A DNA stretch of 63,362 nucleotides, filler included, from Cercozoa sp. M6MM (GCA_040357565.1; 9 parts of 9 records of this genome joined end to end with filler, not necessarily neighbours in it); one strand, 5' to 3'; positions 36,801 to 49,701 are shown, counted from the whole stretch's first letter. Notes: generated by a model not told the origin, from the letters alone. Made by a program: numbers and translations.

Positions 36801-37453
36801 CATTAATTTACGCTCCAACAACGAAGCTTGTGTAAATTTAGAGCCTACGGAAGGCATGGCACTGTCGCGACGAACCGATGACTCCGTCCCCTTTGCCGTT
36901 CCCGAGCACGTAAGCGTCTTATGCACACCTCTGTCGCACATGTATTGTCTATGCAATGCAGCACTCGCAAATCGAGCAATATGGCGTGCACATCTGTTTT
37001 GGTAACGGCACGCCGCCCGACCTGTCTCTGCTGGAGCAAGCTGTGTCGTTGTGTCGCGCACTCGGACTGCACCGTCGTGGTATTTTTCTTTCTGTGAAAT
37101 GGTACTCGCAGTGCACACTTATAGCACCCTTGTGTGTCGCGTAGAATGGAAGGATGACCCAACTTGCCGCAAGCCAGAGCGCGCCTACCTCGAGACGGCC
37201 AACTTCTTGTTCGCATGCATGGAGAACGCTGCACTCTTCGTGCAGATGCACCAGGACAAGGCTGCGCATATCAAATCCAAGGATGTACGCTCTGTGTTCA
37301 TGCACTCCCCTGTCCTTCTGCTTTGAGGCCTGATCGCTGTATGTTGAGCAGATGAGCAAAATTGTGGCGAACTTCTTCAAGTCCACCACCGAGCTTGAAC
37401 ACAGACAGTGCTTCGCCGACATTCAAACCTTCGCCTCCACCAGTGGCTTCTAA
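32704..37453 (+). CDS. Large protein with N-terminal PH domain and long helical C-terminal region (true start probably ~32215)
   Basis: EGFLYKKARGVFTKD|GRWQQRYFLLNAHALAY ... HHFRAASPVLADM|WVKALRKA; many short exons to FASTSGF-stop 37451-37453. Confidence 0.75.
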
Positions 37454-37546
37454 CTGCGTTTCTTGTCCGGTCGATAGTCAAGTTAAACGGAACAAACGGC
37501 ACTAGTGAGTCACGTCTTCGCGTCTTCCTTCGCTGTCGAGCCAATA

Positions 37547-37665
37547 GTTAGTTAGTTGAGTTTCGTTTCTAGGAAACCAACTATGTAGTTCCCCTGCACC
37601 AGTCTGCTTGGGGTGGGTCACAAGAGCATGGCCGTGTCTACCGCCCCGCTTAGGGTAGGACCATA
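37547..37665 (-). mobile_element. Retroposon family copy A (119 bp)
   Basis: Strongly similar to 49568-49673; (AACT)n tail; perfect 10-bp direct repeat CGAGCCAATA at 37537-37546 and 37666-37675. Confidence 0.9.
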
Positions 37666-37953
37666 CGAGCCAATACCGACCAGACCTGGACCGGTCGTCG
37701 TGTGCATGCTTGATTTAACGTAATAAAAGTGCGCGCACAGTAGTATATAAGTTACTATTCTCTCACCTGCCATCGAACCAAATCCTCCGCGCGACACGAC
37801 CGGACACATGACCTCAGTTGTGTAGAAGTAAGTTTGAAGTTTGAATCGACCAGAGCGAACTGGGACGGACCGGACGCGCACGCAGCTGCGGCGATCGATC
37901 GATCTATTCCGACGTGACCGAGTGCATTCAATTCATCATCCACGACCCGACGC

Positions 37954-39190
37954 CTACTGAGCGACGGCGTCGGGCTGCTGCGACGGGTGCGCACGCTCAA
38001 AGGCCGGTAGTTTGCTCTGTGGAAAGAAAGGGATAGTAAGAGAAGCATGCACGACATTGCGGAAGGAGTTTCGGTACAAGCGCGGCCTCGATGCGCTCAA
38101 TCGTCGGGAACTTGGACATGTCGACGCCGAAGCTGTAGCACGCGTTGGGAAAAATTTACTATACATAGTAAATCTTGGTCGATGTACCGACGGGCATTGT
38201 AGACCTGCGGCACGAGGCAGATGTCGGCGATACTCACGTAGTCACCGAAGCAGTATTTGCCTTTATCACAGTGGACTGTGTATCAACAGTCGTGGTGGTG
38301 AGCGTGTTTTATACCTGCAGTATCAGCAAGGGCACGTTCCAACGCTTCGAAGCCCACTGAAGGCATTACATGGACAGTAGGCATTGGAGATAGCATCATA
38401 GGGACAGGAAGAAGGGATACCCGTGATCCAGTGGTTGCCCCACTCCTTCTTGTTCTCGGGGCCGACCTTTCGTAGAATGCGCAGGTTTTGCACCGGCTGA
38501 ATGTCGCAAGCAATCTGCGCAAGCAAAAATCGTCTGAACCCTCCCATATAGCCTCAGTTTCATATCATTGTCCCTTCATCCACATGCGCATACCATGTTG
38601 GCCAACTGGCGGCACTTGGCGCGCTGGACTGCGTCTGACGGCAGCAGCTGCGCGCCTCCCTGCATCAACAGAACAGTACAATGGGACACAGCCTTTCGAT
38701 TCAATGCCGCCAAACAAAAAGAGAAACGCACAACACGCGTCTCTTCGAGGTACTCGATGATTGCCATCGACCTGCACAAACGAAAGTGTGACTTCTCGAA
38801 AAAGATGTTTTATTCGTAAAACTCACTGCTGAAGCTTGTTGTCATCGATTTCGAGTAGCGGAATCAGCTAAATTAACACAAAAAGTTTCCTTGTAAAAAT
38901 AAAACAATCACGAGGCACACCTTGCTCGTGTACTCGTCACCAAACTGCTCATTCTGCAGCAGGTTCACCGTCTTGTACTCGTAGTCAATGCCCTATAATG
39001 GAGAGTAACTTTGACTCACAAGGCTGACACTCAAAACAAAGGTACATACCTTGAGGTTAAGGGCGATCCGCACGCGCCAGGAGCACGACGAACGCCAGTA
39101 CGAGTGCAACACAACCTTCTTCTGCAAACCCGCACATTCCGGGAGTGACCACACAATATAGCAAAGCTGCAACACTACCGGAACAGACAT
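37954..39190 (-). CDS. GSTZ1: Glutathione S-transferase zeta / maleylacetoacetate isomerase
   Basis: SYWRSSCSWRVRIALNLK|GIDY, QSMAIIEYLEETR, IACDIQPVQNLRIL, ADICLVPQVYNARR, AFERAHPSQQPD. Confidence 0.95.
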
Positions 39191-39420
39191 AGAGAGTAAA
39201 AAACAACACTGCACACAGTCACGCAGGTTATTGACACCGAAAGCTGTATGACAAAAAGAGCGCTGCTTTTTTTTAGGTCAGGACGTTGAAAGCAACTATT
39301 TCGAGAATTACCGTGGCTTAGACGCGTTTCTGTTCATAAGTGTATTGTAACGTCGGTCTTCACAACGGGGCACACACTAAGTGATCGAAAGTTTGGATTT
39401 CGTTCTGTGGAAGAAACAAA

Positions 39421-42137
39421 ATGTCGTCCTGGCGTCAGAATGCGCTGCAACGCGCGAGGCAGCGTGGCGATGATGATCTAGCCGACCGGGCCTCGACGGT
39501 ACTTTAAAAATCCCTCGGGGCTGTCTTATCTGACTCGTGCATCGTTTCTTTCTCACATGTACTTGACAGGTGTCAGATGACTTGGAGAAACGTTCCAAGC
39601 GCCAGCGCAGTCGCGACCGCGGCCAAGAAGCGCGACGCCGCGAACAGCACTCCAGGGAGATTCAAAAGAAACTAGAGAAACCGCGCATGCGAACGGACAC
39701 ACAGTCGGTGATTGCGCAGCTGCTGGAGCAGCGCGGACTCAGCATGAAAGTGCGCTGGTTTCTTGTCTTTCTAGGTCAAGATAGCTATCAACCACAAAAA
39801 CTGCGTAGGACTGGGAAGGTGACGATAACGAACTTGAGGCGAAAGCTGTACTTCCGCTTAATGTGTGCTTTCGGTTCGTTTTTTTTTTAATACAAGACTT
39901 GCAGATGAAAATGACGCTCAAAGGCAAAGAGAAGAAAGCCCAAAAGCTGCGTGACAAACTGCGCCAACTGTACTTTGTTGATTTTGTGTTTAAAACTTAA
40001 AACTGTAAGTCATCGAATCTGTGCTCGCTAGACAAGAAATTCGAAAATTGGCGAAAGAACTTCAAGTATTTCTATTTTAATCAGTGTCAAAACATTCGAT
40101 GAGACGAGGTTTGTTTTGCCAGGCGGACGAGGACAAACATTCTGTCAAATCGCAAGTGGACGACGCGAATGCTGTATTTCTCGTTGTTGTCATGTGATTT
40201 TTAATCATCGTGCCTAATTGTCTTCAAGCGCAGTTGGAACGCCGTGCGAAACAGCGAAAGCAGCAGAGTCGTCGCGAAGAAGTCGATGTAAGTTACGAAT
40301 CTGGGCAGATTTTGCTTTGTTTTATGCCTTCGGGGCTTTCACAGTACGACCGCCAAGCTTACAAGATGTTCACGAAAACGGCAGGCGATACCGATGAAGC
40401 TTTCGATGCGTAGGCTGGCTTAATACTGATGTTACCTCTACTACCACAATGTCGGATGTTTAATGCAGCATGTCGGACAAGCGCAAGACGAAGCCGAAGC
40501 CAAGCGTATCTTCTTTCATCAAACACACGCTCGTGCTTTTCACTGGTGTTATTTTTTTTGCAGTACAAACAGTCTGGATACCAGCGTCACGGTCATACAT
40601 GCATACGATTTCTCTCCTGCCTTTGACTTATGTGAAAGCACTGTCTCCGCAGAGGAACGCCATCGACGCTGCGAGAAGTGTCTTTCGAACGGTCACTCTC
40701 CGCTTTCCTCGTCAGTGGCACTGGTACTTTTCGTGTCTTCTGTGCTTCTTGGTGTGTATCTTATGAGCGACTGCAGGCGAGTAAGCACGCCTTCGTTCTG
40801 GTTCCTCGTCGTCATCCGCTTGAGCTGGTACTTCTTGACTTGGTGTATTTATTGTGCCCCATGTTCGATTAATTGGCTGACAAAACAATGTAGAACGAAG
40901 ACGCTGCCGTGGACGAGTGTTTCATTCTGCCAGCGCAGCACGTTTCAGCGCTTACACGACTGGAAGACCCGTACTCATCCTTCTTTGCGTTGTATCCAAC
41001 TTCGCGCCCTCATGTGTACGCAGAGAGGTGCAACGTGGCATCCGCGAGATGGAAGAAACGATCGCAGCGACGTTGGCAAAACGCACACCGACTCAGACGC
41101 GTAATCGCTCTTTGCTTTTTTGAACTTTACAGTATCTGTATCTGTTCATGGTGTGCACAGCCATCTTCTTGGAACACACGCGTGCCATTCGACACCAAGG
41201 TCACACCATGGTATGCTTTTGCCTTGTGATGTAGATATATCTACTCCCATATTTTCCTTTTGTGCCAGGTGCAAGTACTGGCTGTGCCGACAGCGGCAGT
41301 GCCGTTGATTCGCGCAGCGTTTGTGCAAGAGCTGCGTCTCTCTGGCGAAAGCGTAGCTTTTGTTTTCTTTTTAGTTTTGAAACAGGGGAGGATTTTGGAA
41401 TCTGCAGGCTCTCGCACTAGCCTCTGCGTCGGGCAACACGGTGACTGTTTTCCTTTGTGTAGACGTGTATCGTCGTATCTCTGTTGGTTTGTTGCAGAAC
41501 CAAATCGTGCAGACTAAGAACGGCATGTCACTCGCGCGCTTCGTTCCACCGAGGTACTGCGCTTGCTTTTTTTTTTGCTTCATTGCAAGGGGATACGAGG
41601 TTCATTTTTGGTATGAGGGTAGGTTTGGCTACTTCCATGCACGTTTCGGCACCAAGGTTGGCGAAGATGGTACGCATAACCCCCTTCCAGGGTATACATT
41701 TAGCGAGTTTAACATTGAAATTGACTAGGCGTGGCCAAGCTGCTCGACAACGAGGACGTGTCTCCTTATTTTGGCGCACAGGTGCCATTGACTTAAATAT
41801 GTTGGAGGCTTTAAGTGTGCGTTTGTGTGTGTGTGTTGCAGGTCGTGCTGGATGTGCTACAGCAGTGGCGTGAACAAAGTACTTGCAGTTTTGCCTCTGA
41901 TTGTTGACCTAGTTTTCCTCTTCTGCAGACGGCGAGGATGCCGGCGCAACGCCTGTGGAAATGCTTCTCCGTGCCAAGCCGCAGTCTAATCGTACACTGC
42001 TCACGTCTGACATTTCCCATGATTAATGACCACCTGAGTTTGCCCCTGCTGTAGCAATCGTCGCCAGGCGTGCTGCCACGTTGAAGCGAGAATTGCTCGA
42101 GCATGCACGCGCTAACGTCACCGGTCTTCTTGCCTAG
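39421..42137 (+). CDS. CWF19L2: CWF19-like 2 (CwfJ C-terminal domains), spliceosome-associated
   Basis: CEKCL..ASKHAFVLVPRRHPL..ECFILPAQHVSALTRLED and FGYFHARFG..VAKLLDNEDVSPYFGAQVVLDVL; charged N-terminus; divergent. Confidence 0.68.
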
Positions 42138-42313
42138 CTGGTCCAGACCTAGACGCGGCGATGATACATTCGAGTTCTTAAAACTGCGCCGCGGTTGGGC
42201 CTGGAGCGGGTCTAGGTGCTGTTTCGTACCTTTAAAGGGGGCGTTGTGAACGAACCTCTGCGCTCAGCTGTACAGTAATATAGAGTCCAGGTATCTCGAG
42301 TGACTTCTGTTTA

Positions 42314-43363
42314 ATGTCAGACGGCTATAATGCGCGCCTAGCGCCAGGCATTCCCAAAGGTCGAGTCGGTGAGCTCAACATTTTTCCACAAAAACAGAGG
42401 GCTGTTGGTTTTGTCCAATATCTGCACTGTAGGCATGCGGGAAGTACGCGAGAGAAAATCCATGGTGCGTACAAAGGCATTGCGACTGGCGAAGCTTATT
42501 CATGCAGCGGTATTAGGCGAAGATCTTAACTTACTACTTTACCCCCCCCCTTTCCCCTGACACTGGTTGTAGGCTGGGAACGTTGTTGTTTTTTCGGGTG
42601 CCGGAATCTCGACTTCGTGCGGCATACCTGACTTTCGGTACCCCTGTTGACTTTGTATACTCATTAAGTACACTGTTGCATGGAACAGAGGGCCAACAGG
42701 CGTCTGGACTCTTGAAAAGAAGGGTCAGTCGCCGCCCGAGGGCATTAAATTCGCGAGTACTTTTCACAACAGGTCAGTTGCAGTTATTCTCTAGTCTACT
42801 CGTATTTTGTAAAGCTGCACGACCTTCGGCGACGCACATGGCGATTGCCGAGCTTGTAAAATGTGGCATGGTAATTCAGCTCACAACCAACTCTTGTGTG
42901 ATCAGTGTCTGTGTAATTTTGTCTTGACAGGTGCGTTCCGTTGTAACACAAAACGTGGACTCACTTCATCTGAAAAGTGGCGTTCCCGAGTCGTACACCT
43001 CTTGTCTTTACTGTTTTCGTTGTGTCATTGTTTTTATTGGTCGTATCTGTTTTTGTTCGTGAGCAGAAAATTGTGCGAACTGCACGGCAACGTGTTCGCC
43101 GAATCATGTGACTCCTGGTAGGTTCTCTTCCTTCTGTCGATGTGTCACGTGACAGCTTGCAGTGATTATCGACTGATCCACGTGGCCGATATTGGTGGCA
43201 TGGGACTTCGAGCTACAGGAGGTCGTTCTGCCTCTGACTTCGCACTGTGCTTCACAGGTATCTGAGTATCTTGCACGCAGGGAGACGATGTCCACGTTGC
43301 AAAGGAGCGCTGTATGACGAGTGTCTCGACTGGGACAGCGCTCTGCCTGATGTAGCATGCACC

Positions 43364-43460
<97 letters not shown>

Positions 43461-44024
43461 TGTGTGTGTATGTGTGTGTGTGTGTTTCCAATATATGAAT
43501 GACTTGAATATCTGCTTAAAGGATCACTTGAAACGAGCCATTGAGGCGCATCGCGAAGCACAACTGGTGCTCGTGCTGGGCTCGTCACTACAGATTAGGT
43601 AGTTTGGAACTAACAAGGCTGAGGAAGGTTTTACTATAGGAATGGCAGACCCGCGCGATCCCTGCCACTGAAAACAATTCGGCATGGTGGTAAACTCGCC
43701 ATCATCAACTTGCAAGCGACGCCGCTGGATGAGCATGCGACCATTGTGAGTCCTTTCTCTGTTTGTATGTAGTATATGTGTATTGAACGCAGAGAATAGG
43801 CGCTCCAGTCGATTCAGTGTTCGAATTGATCATGCAAGAACTGTACATGCTTCTCTCAAGGTTATATGCAACTACCCTTCTGACTAACGTGCATGCGACA
43901 GTAACTTGACCATTCCGGCCTATGAGACGGACGAAACGCCGCACAAGTGCCGCTGCTGCCGGCAGAGCGAATGTTCACTCGTGCGTGTCGACATCGATCG
44001 GACCCAGTGTATCGCCCTACTGTG

Positions 44025-44075
<51 letters not shown>

Positions 44076-44085
44076 NNNNNNNNNN

Positions 44086-44134
<49 letters not shown>

Positions 44135-44609
44135 TGCGTGCGTGCGTGCGTGCGTGTGTGTATTCTTGTATGTACTGGGCATAGGGAAGGATAAGCACGC
44201 CGAGAGGTTTATGCCTTGCCATCACACGTGTATCGATGAGACATGCGAGGACGAATGCTCACATTTGTGTTCCGAAGCATGTGCTGCGCAAAACAAGAGC
44301 AGCAGCGCGGTTCCCTTGCGTCAGCGAACTGTGCGACCCTCGCAAGTACGCTTGTTTTATCCTTCAGCACCAGCTCCAGCACCTAAATAGTTCTATATAT
44401 ACATATGAGTTGTTTCTGCGTAGAAACGCAGTATCGAAACCGGACAAGACTTCTTTTCGGATGAGGAGGAAGAGCAGATCTTGGGCCACGTCGTCGAAAG
44501 TAGCGACTCGGATGCGGACGCTGACACCTCGTCTTCCGACTCGCGAGATGACGATGAAAGCGATTACGAGCCGCCAGTTAAGAAACGCCGGCGCGGTGTG
44601 ACACAATAA
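42314..44609 (+). CDS. SIRT6: Class IV sirtuin (SIRT6-like NAD-dependent deacylase)
   Basis: [42 protein letters not shown], ELHGN, CxxC..CxxC, LDWDSALP, LGSSLQIRPA, IINLQATPLD; acidic tail with PPVKKRRR. Confidence 0.93.
43367..43456. repeat. (CT)n microsatellite in a sirtuin intron
   Basis: Directly visible. Confidence 0.97.
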
Positions 44610-44948
44610 GCCAAGCAACCAGTGCTACAGTACTTGCTGCTTGTACAATCGAATCGATACAGTGCAGTAAATTGTACTACTGACTACAGTGCTACTACAG
44701 CTAAATGCAGTGAAGTTGGCCGATTGGCGACAAAAGAGCCCGAAACGACTGCTATTAGAGTAGCCCGCACACTAAGTGATCCAAATGTACTAAGAACTAG
44801 ACTTAGTGAAGTTTGGGCCACTATGGAGACACAAAGTTTTGACGAAATTCAATGGAGTTGAAATTCGTGCGTCACTGTCGGTCGAGTTTCAAAAGTCGAC
44901 ATAAGGAGCTATAAACCACTAATTACGGATTAATTCTAGTTAGAACAC

Positions 44949-45444
44949 CTAGTAGCGGCGGAAACCTAGTGGTGCAAGCGCTCTTAGGCGCTTTTCGTGC
45001 TCGGCCTGGCTGTTTCTCATGGCTTGCTCGACCTCTGCAACGAGCGACGTCACTTGTCGTTTGAATTCCTTCTCGAACTCGTCGTTCCTCTCGGTTTCCT
45101 CGCGCCCAGGAACCTTGGTGAACAGGTAGGAGCCCTGCTGAACTCCATGAGACTTGTTGACCTGCTTCCGTTTCACAGCTCGAGTTGCCTCGTGCGAGTC
45201 GCTGGCGCCGCCGAGATAGACCATTTCCACCTCAACCACGTGCCGTAGCATCCAGCAAATCGTATGCTATCAAGAAAGCGTGGATAGAGAGTGATGAGAC
45301 GCGGAGAACGTACCAACGCTCTCCACGACTTTGGCTTCGTCTTCGGAAGGCAGCGAGTCCGGAATCGCCCTTCACCTCCGAAGACCTGAGGCTCTTCACA
45401 TAAGCCCAGAAGAACTCAATACCATTGAGGTCGCAGTAAAACTT
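44949..45444 (-). mobile_element. Decayed Tc1/mariner-superfamily (DDE) transposase C-terminus
   Basis: KFYCDLNGIEFFWAYVK (cf. PKFHCELNPIExxWxxxK), then a frameshift, two stops, and VYLGGASDSHEATRAVKRKQVNKSH (cf. AYxxG..A.KKYxSHR); intronless; cut by contig end. Confidence 0.72.
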
Positions 45445-45644
45445 NNNNNNNNNNNNNNNNNNNNNNNNNNNNNNNNNNNNNNNNNNNNTTAATTAATTAA
45501 NNNNNNNNNNNNNNNNNNNNNNNNNNNNNNNNNNNNNNNNNNNNTAGGGGGGTAAACAGGGGGGTAAACAGGGGGGTAAACAGGGGGGTAAAAAGGGGGG
45601 GGTAAACAGGGGGGTAAAAAGGGGGGTAAACAGGGGGGAGATAC

Positions 45645-46737
45645 CGCAGTACGTCCAGCAGCACCGCGCGCAGTTCGCGCACCGTCATGCAGACCGTCTC
45701 ACCTGTCCTCACCGATCGGTAGAATGATCGGCAGGTGCAGTATCAGCAGTGCAGTGATCGGTATCAATGAGTGAGTGGAACGGTGCAGGAGGTACCGTCC
45801 TGAGTGACGCCGTGGACACGTGTGTCGGCAGCGACCGTGTGCAGTGCCGCAAAGGCCTCGCTCAGTGCCGTCGTCATTGCCTGCATGGCGTACTCGCAGG
45901 CATCTGTCCATACACACAGATGGGTACACATACGGGTCCATATGGACCGGTACAATCGGTACAAACCGACCGTATTTGGGACGTAGCAGGCCTTGTAGGT
46001 ACGGATCGACTTGCTACACACACAGAGGTACCAAGTGCTCTGGTAGGTCAGGCTACCGCGGGTCTACCTTGGCCGGGTCGGACAGGGTCAGCGGTGTCTG
46101 AACAAAGCGCTGTCGCACCAGTGCCACCGGCAGCAGCAGCAGCGTTTTCAGCGCCAGCGACAGCAGCGGCAGTGCGGCACTCTCTGTGCCTGTCTGGACT
46201 GCTGGCCACACACCCCATACACCATACACGGGGGGCAACAACTACACGTGCAAGTACCCTCGTGCACAAACACGCGCAAGATAGCGACAGCTGCGTCGGA
46301 GACTTCGCTGAGAGGAACCTACGCAGGCGAATTTGCAGAGCCTGCTGACTGCACATGTACGAGACACCAAGCACTACCAGAGCCGGTCGTTTGGCAGGCG
46401 CGAAGCTCACGCGGTCCAGCACAGGGTGCAGCTGCACCGTTGGCGACACCAGCGGCGTACACACCAGGTCCGTCAGACGGCGTGCCACACGACGCAACAG
46501 AGCGTACCGTTGGTGCGTGTCCTCGACCTTTGTCACTGCCTCGGCAATGCCGCTGAGCGCGCTGCGGCCTGTGCACAATCGACACGACTCACTGCCTCCA
46601 ATATCCAAGAAGATTAGCAACGTACGAACACATGCTTGACGCAAACTACTGTCTTCCCGAACACTCAGTGTCGAAGACAACTTCCCCAATCGGCGCAGGA
46701 GCCGCTTACGGCGCCATGCGGCCTCCATTCTGTTCAA
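45645..46737 (-). CDS. Hypothetical helical protein, partial
   Basis: Long exon 46737-46365 and further GT-AG-bounded exons ending in a G-tract intron. Confidence 0.55.
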
Positions 46738-47280
46738 TCAAGGAGCAACTGATTTCAACAAGAAGCAATCATTTCATCAGAGCTGCCTTGTACTTTCAGG
46801 CACAGCAGACGCTCAAAACACGTTTTCGCAACCTAAGCACACAAAGACGCACCAGAATGTGGTAGATTCTCTCAGAAATATGTCTTAATATTTGTCAGTA
46901 CAAATGGACAGCCTTGTGCATCATGTGCCGAACAATCTTGACTGTAGCCTCGAAGTGGAGCAACGTTGGTTGAGTGCAGGAGTGCCTTTGTTTTGTTGCC
47001 GTTTCGGCTCCAGCATTACTCACCTCGCTCCCTGTTTGTGAGTCATTCGCGCGTTTTTCGAACGATTTCCGCGCGGAAGGTCACTCCCGTTTTCTCTGTA
47101 ACAACCAATGTCGACCAACACAGCAGCCGATGCACTCGCTCTTGTTGGCGAGTTCGATCTGTCGTTTTCACGTGCGGACTACGAGGCTTTGGTATTGATT
47201 CGCTGCAGTTTTTCTTTTTTCTTTTGCTTGCAGTTTTGACTGTATCGCACAGAAGCGAGCAGCGGCGCTTCTGCACGGAG

Positions 47281-48588
47281 ATGGTAGCGGCAGCATTCGC
47301 ATCGATCTTGCACCGCGCAGAGAACAGGTTAAATTTCTCCTGCATCTACTGCAACCTGGCTTTGTTACCTGCCTTGTGTGTTGTATGAGCAGAGAAATGC
47401 ACGCGCAAAACTGGAGCGAGCGCGGCGAACACACCAGCTGCACGAGCGGCACAGCGCCAACCTCGCCGCCAGCGATCAAAGCGAAAGCGACAAGAATAAC
47501 AATGTTGAAAATCAGACCAAGAACGACGAGGACGAGATGATGAATACCGAAGACGACAGCCACGCTGAAGAAGAGGACGAAGAGGAAGAGGAGATTGATG
47601 CGCACGACGACAGCATAATGCGCGACACTGACGACGAAAGCGACCATGAAAGCGCCGATCGTAGCAGCGTACTCTTTGTGTGCTCTCCGCAGACGTGTTC
47701 CATCCCAATCACTCTGTATTGCCCTGCAGGAGACAAGATTGTATAAGGTGACAGACGATGATGTGTCACCGTCTGCCGAGGAAGATGGTACCTGTCGTTC
47801 AACTGGATTCGACCTCTCTAAGTGACAAAGACTTTCTGTTCTCAGATGTCCCCATGGTCACCGACGCCAATGTGAGTCTCAGTCTGCTGCACCAGGGTCG
47901 GTGTGGCGCCTACCTCGTCACGGTGCGAGGCCCCGACGGCAACGTACCGATCGGTGTCTTCAAACCGGTGGACGAAGAGTTGCCGCCAGGACGCAAGACG
48001 CATTGGCGGCGGTACCCCTTCCGTCTGAATGAACCCTTTGGTGATAGTGGAGTATCAACCTGTGCGTGCAGAGGAGTCAAAGTGGGCGCCGCCATGCGCA
48101 AGGAGGTCGCCGCCTTCCGTCTCGACCACGAGCGCTTCTGCCGCGTGCCGCAGACGCTGATGCTGCGCATGCCTGTGCCTCGGTACCCCTGTGTCTCAGC
48201 TCTATCTACTCCGATGTGTCTATCTCCGACGTGTCTGACAGGCGAAGTGACTCGGCGGTAGTGCAGAAGCTCGGCTCATTCCAGGTGTTCGTACCGCACA
48301 TCTGCTCGGCTGAGGACATGGTAGCCTGTCCTTCTCTTGGCTTCTCTTTCCTTCTCTTTCCTTCTCTTTTGCCTCTCTTTCCTTCTGTCTCATTTTTGTC
48401 TCTCGTTGTCTGCAAGCAGGGCTCGGCCAAGCTGTGTGTCGAGGAGGTGCACAAGCTCGCTGCCTTGGACGTCAGATTACTTAATCTGGTATCCCCAGCT
48501 TGTGTGTTTGTGTCGTTTTTACTTTTCTTGAATTGTGAAGGACCGGCATCTCGGCAACGCACTTGTGGTACACCCTTCGCCTGTCTAG

Positions 48589-48623
<35 letters not shown>

Positions 48624-49496
48624 CACTGGTGGTGTGCCTCTGTAGGTGGACGATGTCCAACCTCCGCAGCGCGGCCTCGGTCTCGTGCCGATAGACCACG
48701 GTGCATACTCCTCTGATATTCTGGTTCTTTTCGATTTATATCTACACTTCGTTCCTGCAAAGGTCTGTGTTTGCCGTCGATCCGCGAGTGCGCTGATGTG
48801 TGGTTCGAGTGGACGCACTTTGCGCAGTGTCGCATGCCTTTCTGTCCGAGTGTACCTTTGCTTGCTGTGCCCTGTTGGCTGTCTACACAGATGAAATCCC
48901 AGGTGGCATCCTACATCATGCAACTTGACCCGTGGTCCGACTTGGTACTGGCCTGCTGTTCTCCCTGTTGTGTGCAAGATGTGACTGCCATGCCTGCAGG
49001 AAACTCTGCTGTCGCTCGGACTGCCGCTGTCGAATGCGCTGAGTGTCGTCTTCAGCACCAAGCTGCTGCAGGCTGGGTACCTTGTGTTTTTTCTTGCCTA
49101 TATGGTTTGCATTGCAATATGTGCCGACCTACTCGCAGAGTGCTTCGCAACTGGCGCATCGATCGCATCGCGTCGCTGTGCATGCGCTCGTTCGCCGATC
49201 TGCAGCGTCCCTCCGTGCTAGAGCAGTGGCTGGACGTACGTTTTTGTGCTTTGCCTGTTTAACAGAGAGAGAGTGACTACCTGATTGATGACCCAGGCCT
49301 CCTTTGCGACGTGTGGCGTGGCGCTGCATCACGCCGACTTGAGTCGACTGTACCTGCAGGATCGACCGCTTTTGGTACACCCAGTTTATTTTTGCTTATT
49401 GCCTTCGTTGATATAGCTTTCTTTTTGGCCATGCAGCACGAAATCGCGCAGTTCTTCTTCCTACTTTGCCTCACGACGCAGGAGGTCGATGTATAA
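47281..49496 (+). CDS. Type II phosphatidylinositol 4-kinase (plant PI4K-gamma-like) with acidic N-terminal region
   Basis: GRCGAYLV, IGVFKPVDEE, KEVAAFRLDH..VPQT, KLGSFQVFV, EEVHKLAALDVRLLNL|DRHLGNALV, LVPIDH|GLCLP, WFEWTHFAQCRMPF. Confidence 0.92.
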
Positions 49497-49567
49497 GTGT
49501 CTTAGCGAATCAACCCGACCACGCGTGTCATGAAACCGACAGGGTTTCTCTTTCAAAGCCGAAGCTG

Positions 49568-49701
49568 AGTTAGTTGAGTCTTTTAGGAAATCAACTAAGT
49601 AGTTCCCTTGCACCAGTCCGGGGTGGGTCACAAGAGCATGGCCGTGTCTACGTCCTCTTAGGGTAGGACCATACAGCTCCCCTTTGACGTTCCTGGAACA
49701 A
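49568..49701 (-). mobile_element. Retroposon family copy B (~134 bp)
   Basis: Shares GGGGTGGGTCACAAGAGCATGGCCGTGTCTAC and TTAGGGTAGGACCATA with copy A and CAGCTCCCCTTT with copy E; possible decayed TSD CGAAG(C/T)TG at 49560-49567 / 49702-49709. Confidence 0.85.

Noticed and set aside
37451-37453. Alternative genetic code or non-canonical introns
   Set aside because: TAA, TAG and TGA all terminate well-supported genes, and the introns I traced are GT-AG (apart from the phase problem at 52556-52626)
37640-37665. Pistol/twister/hammerhead ribozyme in the retroposon (CCCTAAGCG resembles pistol)
   Set aside because: No upstream complementary loop for the pistol pseudoknot, no twister core, no CUGANGA..GAAA hammerhead core
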